The position numbers and the translations under genes are program-made. From the NCBI GenBank assembly GCA_002269645.1, contig NIVC01003377.1:36999-100998 (forward strand): DNA of 64,000 bases. Reading direction: 5' to 3'. This document shows, piece by piece, positions 26,561-39,800 of the stretch; the stretch's first letter is position 1; every line of letters begins with the position of its first letter. The notes below the pieces were generated by a model. That model made no database searches and was not told the origin of the DNA. It was given only the letters and a program-made list of their open reading frames with translations. The DNA is from Macrostomum lignano (taxonomy: Eukaryota).

Positions 26561-28203
26561 ATTTATGTGATGTCTTGTTCGTTCTATTTAAGCTTTGTAA
26601 TTCTAAGCCTACTACTAGTACTAATGTAGAAAATAAGCACTAGCATTTCACAGTTCAAAATATAAAATTCGTATTATAATATAAATATAGTGAGGCAAGA
26701 CAACTGGAATCCCACAGTTTCATTCACACGAATCAGTGTCGATAATTTTCCGCTTATTGGAATAGAGAACCTTAAATGAATCCGTTCAAGGACCCCAGAG
26801 GTCCTGCATCTGGTATTTACATAGTTTATTAGCATTAGCATGCTGCAACGCCTGTATGTAGTCTTCCGAATAAACTACTGAAGTATCGAGTCGTTAAAAG
26901 GGTTAATTTTAAATATTCGCTTAGCTGCTGGCTTCGCTAAGAACGACCCTAAGATCGAGGCGAACGAGACTTGCAAAATCCAAAATTTGATATGTGATAG
27001 TAATGATAATAATACTAATAATATTATCAATTTTGAATGGAGATTGGAGAGTTACTAATATTACATTTGTAGTAGCGACATTTAACGTCAGTACACAAAC
27101 AACTGCACAATCTTAGCCATGAGGATAAGCTGAAAATTATCGACAACGGATCCGTGCGAATAAAACTGGAATAATCGACACGGGACCGTGGGAATAAGCA
27201 CTTCCAATCTTATATACTAAATTGACCAATAACGAGTGTAGCCGTCCTGTTTTTAATGTCTATGTGAGATCTACTTTGCTAAACCTCCCTCTCCTCTCTT
27301 CTCCACTTTCTAATCTCTCTTAGCCCATCTTTCTCGTACATGTATATTTTATCAGTTATCTACTTTTCAAAATTTTGTCGAGATTTTGTTTAAATGTAGA
27401 GTGGAGTTGTACATTTTAAGTGTCGGAAGATGTGTCTGAAAATGTGTCATCGAAAGTTCTACAGGTACTTAAAGCCTACCTCAAACAAGCTTTGAAACTA
27501 AAATTAAAAAATAAAATTTATCAAGCATAAACTACATCAAGCCTGAATAGATACGAGTAGAATTCAGGTGTCAGATTACCCACAGACTAAATTCGTATTA
27601 TTTCCTGTGTAATTTGCGTTTGGTGTGGCCCCAAATTGGGCCGTTTTACTTTGTGCTTGTTTTGTGCGTATTTAGAGCGATTCGTACAGTATAATATTTT
27701 AGGCCTCTCCGTTGTTAAACATAGCTGCAAAGTGCAGTTCATTCTTCCTTATTTGTCCCACCGAAACTCCTGAAATTGTAGCTGTCCGGGTTGTTTTGTG
27801 CCTTTAAATACCAAACGTTGGCAAAGCGATTATTGCTGAATAATCGCAATTTAGCAATATCGCTATAACATTCGATATTAAAGCTGATTATAGTTGAATC
27901 GCTTTGTCCAGTATCTCAAGAAGAAAAAAACAAATTTACGAAACATAAATAGTCTTCCTGAAGCTTGTAAAACTCAGGAAATTTGCAAGCCTTTCTACTG
28001 ATAGTAAAGTGGGAAGAAAATGCTGAAGAGGGAAGTTGTACGATAAACTACAGATTAAAATCAAACGTGCTGAGAAACTATCAAACACGCGCTTACTAAA
28101 ATGTACAGTCGAAGTTTAAAACCGCTTAAAAAAGCTGCAAGGCTAAAATTAATTCATACATTGTACATGCACACTGCGTCCGTACAGTGCTGCATGGCTG
28201 CTG

Positions 28204-28794
28204 TCACTTTTTACTTGTAATTTCGTACACGGAGTTGAGCAGCTCGCCGCCGCACTTCTCTCCTTTGGCGCCGCCGCACGGCTTGTCGCAGTGGCCGTCT
28301 CGTCGCACCCCGTAGTTGCCGTAGTCGTTGCCGCAGAAGCACAGGTTGCCGTTCTGCACCCCGAAGAACTTGGTCATGGGGTATTCCTCTTTGCAGATTG
28401 CGTTGCACTTGCTGACTGTCATGTCCGACTTGCGGGCACCGATGAACTGGATGTCCCGGTTGTCGTCACGGTCTGCGTAGCAGCCGATGTACTTTGGCTT
28501 CTCGGGAGTTATCTCTGCGGGTCCAGGTGTACTTTCATTCACATACATGTAAGCGTGGCGAAGACCACAATGTGAAATGCCAAGTATACATGTACATGTG
28601 ACCAATTATTGGAGAACAACCTGCAGAATTGGCGACTCACTTTTCTTAAAAGAGTTGTAGGTGCTCTTGACTTTGTTGATGGCGCTTTTAATCGGTTGAA
28701 TCACCACCTGGCAGGCCCGGCAGCTGTCGACGGTCAGCAGAGCGGCCAGCAGCAGCGGCAGCAGCAGCGGTGGCTTGCTGAGCCTGGCGGTCAT
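28204..28794 (-). CDS. Small secreted WSC-domain protein, 154 aa; exons 28794-28641 and 28514-28204
   Basis: Signal peptide MTARLSKPPLLLPLLLAALLTVDSC; WSC motif YIGCYAD...MTVSKCNAIC...FFGVQNGNLCFCGN...CDKPCGG...CGG; 126-bp GT-AG phase-1 intron keeps the frame. Confidence 0.85.
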
Positions 28795-29685
28795 GGCACT
28801 GTGCCGAACGCAAAAAAATCAACGAAGATATCAGTCGATCGAATGTTCGGCTAGAGGCAAGTTGGCAGGATGACGCAACCAAGTCAATCAAGTATGTAGC
28901 TGCAAATTTGTATGAGCGATCGAACTGCAGTTGTGCTCGGGATTGCGCCTGTGGAGAACCATAGACATCAGAGCTGGGGCCAGTGGCCATGTGCTCAAAT
29001 CCGCATGCAAATTTCTATGCAATTAATAAGTGCATGGCAACTCATGGAATAGACATCGCAGTTATTGAAATTTTATCGATCACCCCAGAGAACAATATTA
29101 AGCAATATCTGCAAAATGGATTGTACATGTACAGTACACGTACATGTAGGCTTATAGTATTGTAGTTAGAGCATCGGTCTCGCGACTCGGAATAGTTTGT
29201 GTCCGTGAGCGTCCGTGTGTACTCAACTCTGCATTGCAAGTCTGTTCACCCAAGTGTAAAATGGGTGCCAGCATCAGCTGGGGTAACTAAGGGTGGGTGT
29301 GGCGACTCCCTCAAGTTAAGTCCTTGAGCAATAGCTGCGGCGGAGATGTCCATTAGGGCAGTTGTAATGATTATTACTAATGTACATTGTGTTTTGTACA
29401 TTTGTACATCATGTGCATTGCAGGTATGGGGCTGCAATCCCTCGCAGGCAAGACAGGTACAGCACTATGACCCCTGGCAAAGCCATCCCGAGTTTAAAGA
29501 TTTCTATCGGTAACAAGAACTTCACGCGAGTTACAATATACAAGAATTATGTATAATGCTTATCATGCGATAAGATTGATCAGTAAAGAACAAGATTAAA
29601 AACAATTAACCAATCATGCATCCGGCAAGTCACACCAGCCGGTCACAGCCGCCAGGTCAGCAACCAGGACTCCGGGCAACCGCAG

Positions 29686-29994
29686 TCACAGCCGGAACCG
29701 GATGATCGGCGGCTCCCCCGGCGCCAGGCCGCTGTCAACGCCGGGCGACGGCAGCCGCTGCACCGGCGGCAGCTCCGGCACACCGAGGCGGCGGAAGCCC
29801 AGCCAGCGCTTGACGCGGAGGCGCAGCGGCACCAGCGCGAACTTGACGTCGGCCAGGAAGCTGGGCGCGTAGCTGATGCAGGCCAGGAAGATGATGGCGG
29901 CCAGCAGGACGCCCAAGAAGGAGGCTGACACCAGAGTGAGCAGGAAGTTGATTCTCTCGTCCACTGGCAGACCCTCGGCAGATGATGACGTCAT
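29686..29994 (-). CDS. Putative small single-pass membrane protein, 102 aa
   Basis: ATG at 29994; hydrophobic stretch FLLTLVSASFLGVLLAAIIFLACISY followed by a basic segment; GC-rich codon usage like neighbouring genes; no family recognised. Confidence 0.5.
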   Translation of the reverse strand: MTSSSAEGLPVDERINFLLTLVSASFLGVLLAAIIFLACISYAPSFLADVKFALVPLRLRVKRWLGFRRLGVPELPPVQRLPSPGVDSGLAPGEPPIIRFRL

Positions 29995-30614
29995 TGCTAT
30001 TCCGGGAATGCCAGGCCCAATTTTAATAATTTTTGCTCGCGCAAGCGGCTGAGGCCAGTCTGACGCAGGCACCAAATGCCAGGCATTTTGTCTGTGGTCT
30101 GACGCTCCCACAGACAAGTTACGAGTATTTATTGATTTTCAGGCAAAACCCAGCAGCCAGATCAACTCGCCGCAAAAATCGCAAACGGGAAGTTGAAGGC
30201 AGAGAGAGGGAGAGGGAGAGAGAGAGGGAGAGAGATGGAGAGACAGAGAAGGGGAGAGGGGGAGAGGGAGAGAGACTAACATGACGGTTCTTTTGTTTGA
30301 CATGATCCAGAGGAGTCTCGGTAAGAAGGGTCATAACCGAAAAAATGTTAGCAGAAGTTTAAACTGTGCAATACAGCAACAAGAATGAAATACGAGCGTA
30401 AAAAGAAAGTTTAACATGTCCGACTTTATCTCAGCCAGTCCATTCTCAGTAGACAAAAAACTGTGCCAATAAGCAGCACGCACAGAGTGCAGGGCACAGG
30501 TGTATTTAACTGCACACGGGTACCATAATGTATCATTAGGAATTCAGCGCGGTGCTGAACAGAAATGCGAATTTGTGTCAGTCAGTCAGTCTAGTCAGTC
30601 AGGATCTATAATAG

Positions 30615-30807
30615 CCGGCATGTCGGACAGTCGGCATGTCGGACAGTCGGCATGTCGGACAGTCGGCATGTCGGACAGTCGGCATGTCGGACAGTCGGCA
30701 TGTCGGATAGTCGGCATGTCGGACAGTCGGCATGTCGGACAATCGGCATGTCGGACAGTCGGCATGTCGGGCAGTCGGCATGTCGGACAGTCGGCATGTC
30801 AGACAGT
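30615..30807. repeat. 16-bp minisatellite just 3' of the WDR55 stop (GTCGGCATGTCGGACA)
   Basis: About 12 tandem copies. Confidence 0.95.
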
Positions 30808-30813
30808 CCCAGC

Positions 30814-33779
<2,966 letters not shown>

Positions 33780-33994
33780 TAGTGCGGCCTGCAGTTGCTG
33801 CTGGGCTCAAATATGATGTCTACTCCAGCTGAAGCAGTTTGAGGAACAAAATGATTAATAAGGCACAGTGCCAGCTGTTGAATATTAAATACAGAAATTC
33901 TGGTGACCTTGAATGCCTGCTTTCTGAAAAATATGATTACTACGTTTTAGCTGGTATTCTCTGAAGTCAACTTGGTTGTTCTGGAATATCAGGT

Positions 33995-34620
33995 GACCTT
34001 AATTGTTTCCCCATATTATATTTTGGGTGACCTTACTTGTCTTCCCATATTATCTTTTGGGTGACCTTAATTGTTTCCCTATATTATATTTTGGGTGACC
34101 TTAATTGTCTTCCCATATTATCTTCTTGGTGACCTTAATTGTTTCCCCATATTATCTTCTTGGTGACCTTAATTGTTTCCCCATATTATATTTTGGGTGA
34201 CCTTACTTGTCTTCCCATATTATCTTTTGGGTGACCTTAATTGTCTTCCCATAATATCTTTTGGGTGACCTTAATTGTTTCCCCATATTATATTTTGGGT
34301 GACCTTAATTGTCTTCCCATATTATCTTTTGGGTAACCTTAATTGTCTTCCCATATTATCTTCTGGGTGACCTTAATTGTTTCCCCATATTATATTTTGG
34401 GTGACCTTAATTGTCTTCTCATATTATCTTTTGGGTGACCTTATTTGTCTTCCCATATTATCTTTTGGGTGACCTTATTTGTCTTCCCATATTATCTTTT
34501 GGGTGACCTTAATTGTCTTCCCATATTATCTTTTGGGTGACCTTATTTGTCTTCCCATATTATCTTTTGGGTGACCTTATTTGTCTTCCCATATTATCGT
34601 TGGTGACCTTAATTGTATTC
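33995..34620. repeat. 34-bp intergenic minisatellite between SSU72 and WDR55 (GGGTGACCTTAATTGTCTTCCCATATTATCTTTT)
   Basis: About 18 tandem copies. Confidence 0.96.
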
Positions 34621-34956
34621 CCACAATGACTAATGTGGCCTTAAGTGCCTTTCCTTATCTGGCGAGCATCGATTTTTGCATAAAATTGGTGACAGCCCAG
34701 GGCTCAACAGTCATCATGTGAAAAAGCAGATTCACGCAATCAAAGACTAGAACTGTGAACGAGTCGAATTACTCAAGAAAAAAACTGGCAACGCATTGCA
34801 AAGGCATCAACAACATGAATAAACAGTTTGCGAATAAAAACTCGGCAGGTAGCAATTAAATTTTTAGAAATTAAGCATACATCTCGGCAGCATTATGCTA
34901 TACAGAGCAATGACAGTTTAAAAGGACAGCGCAATCAAAACCAGTCAGCGGCAGGG

Positions 34957-35103
34957 CTAATAGAAGCAAATTGTGTGCAGCACGATCTTCTTGATCTTGT
35001 CCGCGAAGTCCTGCACAATGAGGTCCATGTCATTGTCAAGGTCGTCGCTCTCTTGCAGCTGCGGAGTGCAAAAATATAGCGAATAGAAATATTACCAGCT
35101 AGC

Positions 35104-35188
<85 letters not shown>

Positions 35189-36320
35189 GGCAGGCAGACA
35201 GGCAGACAGACAGACAGATAAACAGATAGACAGACGGACGGAGAACGCGGCTCACCGCAGAGCAGAAGTCGCAGATCAGAAAGGCGCCCAGTGTGGCCTC
35301 CTCGTGGTTGTCCCGGATCTCGATGTTCACCACATGCACTGCCTCGTTGCCCTCCTGCGGCCGCGACTCCAGCACTTCGATGACAGCGTCGTAGACTTTC
35401 TCCTCGACCGTGATGATCACGTCGAACTTGTCCTTGGCGTCCTGGAAGCGCTCCGGCTTCGGCTTGATCCGCCGGTTTCGGTCCAGCATGTGCAGCACGC
35501 CGTTCTGTGTGTACATCCTGCGGTCCTTGCGCTCCAGGTCCGCGTAAATCTCCTGGTAGGTAACATCAAAGTTGTACAGATTCGGCTTGTTCAGGGCCGG
35601 GCCCGGCAGCTTCACCTGGTTGCCCGTGCCGAAGGAGCGCACGTTGAAGCCGCGCTTGCTGAATGTGGAGTGGGTCAGGTTTGGCGTGAGTGGGTCACGT
35701 TTGGCGTTAAGTGGGGCAGGTTTAGTGTTGAGTGGGTCAGTTTTGGTTTTGAGTTGGCCAGGTTTGGCGTGGTGTGGGTCAGGTTTGGCATGAGTGGGTC
35801 AGGTTTGGCATGAGTGGGTCAGGTTTGGTGTTGAATGGGTCAGGTTTTGCGTTGAGTGGGTCAGGTTTGGCGTGGAGTGGGTCAGGTTTGGCGTGAGTGG
35901 GTCAGGTTTGGCGTTGAGTGGGTCACGTTTGGCGTTTAGTGGGTCAGGTTTAGTGATGAGTGGGTTAGGTTTGGCGTGAGTGGGTCAGGTTTGGCGTTGA
36001 ATGGGTCAGGTTTGGTGCAAAGTGGGTCAGGTTTGGTGTTGAGTGGGTCAGGTTTGGCGTTGAGTCGGTCAGGTTTGGTGTTGAGTATGGGTCAGGTTTA
36101 GTGTTGAGTGGGTCAGGTTGTGTTAGGTGGTTCAGAGAACTGTTAATTATAAAAGTACGAAATGATTTAGTTGAAGCGAAACAGTCATTACTTACTGCCA
36201 GTAGTACTGACAGCTGCCTAACGCTATTTATACTTACCTAAGGAAATCGTGAGCCTCCATACTGCGATTCTGGTTGCTACTGCAGACCACTGCAATCTTG
36301 AGCTTGGTTGGAATGTCCAT
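34957..36320 (-). CDS. SSU72: RNA polymerase II CTD phosphatase SSU72, 195 aa; exons 36320-36238, 35658-35256, 35058-34957
   Basis: KIAVVCSSNQNRSMEAH (CX5R active site), RSFGTG..VKLPGP, YTQNGVLHMLDRN, DNHEEATLGAFLIC, VLHTICFY*; GT-AG introns with phases 2,0. Confidence 0.97.
35102..35240. repeat. (CAGA)n microsatellite in SSU72 intron 2
   Basis: Tetranucleotide run. Confidence 0.97.
35665..36125. repeat. ~19-21-bp minisatellite in SSU72 intron 1 (GAGTGGGTCAGGTTTGGCGTT)
   Basis: About 22 degenerate tandem copies. Confidence 0.93.
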
Positions 36321-37569
36321 AACTAACTGATCAACCTTTTCAGTGGGACTGCAGGTTTCTGGAAGTATTTCGAACACTATGGATTGTATATTTCATGTGT
36401 AGTCTATGCATTTTGTTAATTGAAACTAGATTTACTTTATTAAATTTAGCATAGCAGAAAAGAAATATACATTAAGATAGAAATATACTCATTAACAGGC
36501 ATTAATCTTAATTTAAGCCAATAGCAACCCAATCATACAATGTCATCAAAAATCTCTGTTATTTGAGTCCTCAAACCTAAGGACTTAATCATTTGTCTCA
36601 GTTATTGAGTAGCCAATATTACTAGATATGGCAAATATGCATTTCTATATCCATATGTTCTGTCTATCTCCATTACTTCCCATAGCCATATCAGTAGCCA
36701 ATGTGGAACTTTAGCTACAGCTACCTTTCACTTTTGTTTTAACTTTAAAAAAAAATTTTTAATAGCATCAACATTATTTGCATCTAAAAATTTTAGTACA
36801 AAAAATCTTGATTTTTCTTAATCATTGAGCTTGAGTCCCCTATCAAACCTTAAAAACAGCAGATGAAGTGACAATTAAATGGGCCTTATGGAATTCTCTA
36901 CTTTAATGATTGCATATCAAACCTGAAAAGATAACAACTATGAGTATTTATAAATAACATTTGTTCTTTGTATATGTATATTAAAACCGATGCCTATAAA
37001 CTAATATGAAAGTCAAATTAATTATCTTGATGAACTTAAAGCATTAATGATAATCCTATTGACACCTTAGGCTCTGGAAGGTTACATGTATGCCGGAAAA
37101 TTTCAGTATACAAATGACTCCTTTCAAAGTTGGTGTACAAATTTTAATATACAAAATCATGCAAATTCTTTTAGCATACAAATTTAATGCACAAATTCAT
37201 GCCATGCATGAAAAATTTCATGTAAATAAATATGGTTTACATAAAATAAAGGATATTTAGTATTTTAGAAAGTCAATGATAAACTTTTTGCTTTTTAAAA
37301 ATTATTATTGAATAAAACTAGTAAATAAAATTATAGCTAAAAACTTAAAATAGGCATTATTTTTTAGAGATATGATTTAATTTTGATTAAAATGAAAATA
37401 TCATAATATTATAAAAAATACTTTTACAAAACCTTTTTTAGAAAACTCAACTTGTGAAAACTGAATGACCTTTTAAGCAAAAATTTTTGGTGTAAAACTT
37501 ATTGAAATTTTCATTTTGGCATACACTGACATATTTAGCTAAGATAGGATTCTTGTTCTAGTGTACAGT

Positions 37570-38470
37570 GTACATGGAGCAATTGGGGACTCCAAGGTTG
37601 CTGCAGAGGAGTTTGCCAGTCAGCATGCACTAGCATTCAAGCGGCTCATAGCCGACGCTGTCAAGCACAAGCATCTGGCCCACCTGAAGACTCCCATGTT
37701 GCAAAGGTAAGTTTCACAAAGCTGCATAGGTGTATGGGTAGTCTGAGAATGCAGTACTGTATGTGACTAGGGATGTGCAATTGTTATCACTTTATCAATG
37801 GGCTATAGGACAAAAACAATGATAATTGTAAGCATGTAACACACCATGAAATTTCCCCTAACTCAAGTTATGCATCAAACTTTTTGGACATGCTTCGCCA
37901 TGTCCTCTTTATGGGCGAAGGCCACATGGGCTGGCTGGTGCCATTGTCAACAGGCCACTAACAGAAGTCAGAGTTTCACCGCCACATTCACCCACTGAGC
38001 TGCTGCTGTGCCTGTCTGGCTGCACCACAGAGGGTGCCTTCAATGCTTTTGTTGATGAAGTGGCAGTGTACTGGTCCTTCTATGCTGACCTGAGTGTCTA
38101 CCAGCAGGCTGGCCTTGCAATATGTGCACTGCTCAATTTTGCACTGCAATGAGGTGGCACTGGTGAGTAGCTTTCAAATTGTTTAAATACGGTTAGTCAC
38201 TTGTTAGAGAGTCTTCATTACATCTGAACTCCCTAGGCTGAGTTGTCAAAAGTGTGTACAATGGTCACTCATCTACATGTTGTGTTCTGTTTCATTGCAG
38301 AGGCTGTTGTGGAGAGCTTTTATGCCACCATGCAGTCACAGCAGCAATAGGGAAGCCAGACAAATGACACCCTGCAGCTTTGCTTGAAGCTTTGTTGGCT
38401 GCTGCCGCCCATGGGGAACGATGCCTGCAAGGAGTTCCTGAACAATGTGGCAAAGCTATTCCTTTGAGGT
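37570..38470 (+). pseudogene. Degenerate intron-containing gene fragment, possibly hAT-like transposase C-terminus
   Basis: Three exon-like blocks with GTAAG/GTGAG donors and a TTGCAG acceptor; last block EAVVESFYATMQSQQQ*GSQTNDTL loosely recalls the hAT dimerisation motif (S.A..ER.FS.M); in-frame stops. Confidence 0.35.
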
Positions 38471-38554
38471 GACCCACACTGCAGCCTTTGCCCTCACTGG
38501 ATCCTATTCTTTGCTAGTGGCATCAAGGGCGCCATTGGCAAGGTACCCACACGC

Positions 38555-39800
38555 AGCAGAGAGTGTTTCTGCTCAGAACCAATGTTCTACCTAAAATTAT
38601 GTTCTATCTAGTTAATGGACGCGTGCACCAGTACACTCTTCGTGAGTGTGACAAGTGTGTTCGCCGTTTCCTTAGGGAGGTTCTCCATCTGCTGCACGAC
38701 ACTCCGGTGTCTGCCTTTCATGCGTGTGCGAAGGATGGAGGCCTCGACATTGATTGTTTTGAATCGCTTGTCCCAATGTACAAATGGCAGAAGCTGGTGA
38801 GCCTCGAAGAGGTTCCGGACGACTTGGTCCGTGACTTGTCTCAGCTACCTGCCATTCGCAAGCGGTTTCAACTGAAAAGTGTGCAGACTAATTTTAATGA
38901 CAGAGCTGATTATCGAGTGTTCTGGAAGAACAAGTTGCTGGATAACTTAGATGGTTTTGGCTTAGGTGAAGCAGCGGACGTTCCTCTCTCCATCTGTTCC
39001 ACTCTTGGGTGACAGATGGCTCATCCCTGCTCATAGGTGAAATGTATATCAAATGTCTTAAGATTAGGTGGAACGTTTGGCCGACTGCAGCTTGAGCATC
39101 CAGAGGTAGGAGGCAGGCTCCTCTTTGTGATGCAGGCTGCAGGCAAATTGAAGGTTTGGGGCATATTCTGCAGCAGTGCAAAAGGGACCTGGGATAAGAG
39201 AGGGGCTAGGCACGATAGAATGGTAGAGTTTGTTGGGAGTCAGTTGGAGCGTCTAGGATACAGCGTTATTAAGGAGAAGTCTTTTGCGACTCCTAGGGGG
39301 CATAGACGGCCTGATCTAATTATATTTAATAAGGATAGAGTTTGGATTGCTGACGTTACGATCTGTGCGGACAGAGGAGCGGGGCCTATGGCCCTCGCTA
39401 GGGACAACAAAATCAAATACTATACAGATGAAGATCTTGCGACCGAGGTCGCGAAGGTGGCGGGCCCAGGTGCCCAGAGTGTTATTGGCTTGGTTTGGAA
39501 CTGGGGGCTGTTGTGAAAAGAAGACCGATGAGTGGCTTAAGAAGATGGGTGTGCCAATTGAGTCTAGAAGGCTGGCTTCGGTCAGAGTGCTTGAAGGCTC
39601 AGTCTGGTGCGCTGAGGTGTTCAGAAAGAGGACTGGGATTAACTTCGCGCAGGTTGGTGGTCACAATCGGAGCGAGTACATGTCGAGTTGGTGGCTCCGG
39701 CGTTTGGTAACGTCCGGACCAGTTTCAGGCATCCGCCTGGCAGTCCCGGCTGGTCCCATGTTTATGACGCTGCTCTATTTAAAGAGTTGGCCAACTTGAC
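38555..39800 (+). mobile_element. 5'-truncated, degenerate R2-clade non-LTR retrotransposon (RT thumb, CCHC, RLE endonuclease)
   Basis: VLPKIMFYL...DTPVSAFHA..KDGGL; SWVTDGSSLL.GEMYI..LKIR.N..PT; CDAGCRQIEGLGHILQQC (39126-39179, C-X3-C-X7-H-X4-C as in R2); RHD...RRPDLII...DVTI...K..YY (PD-D RLE); frameshifts and stops. Confidence 0.85.
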
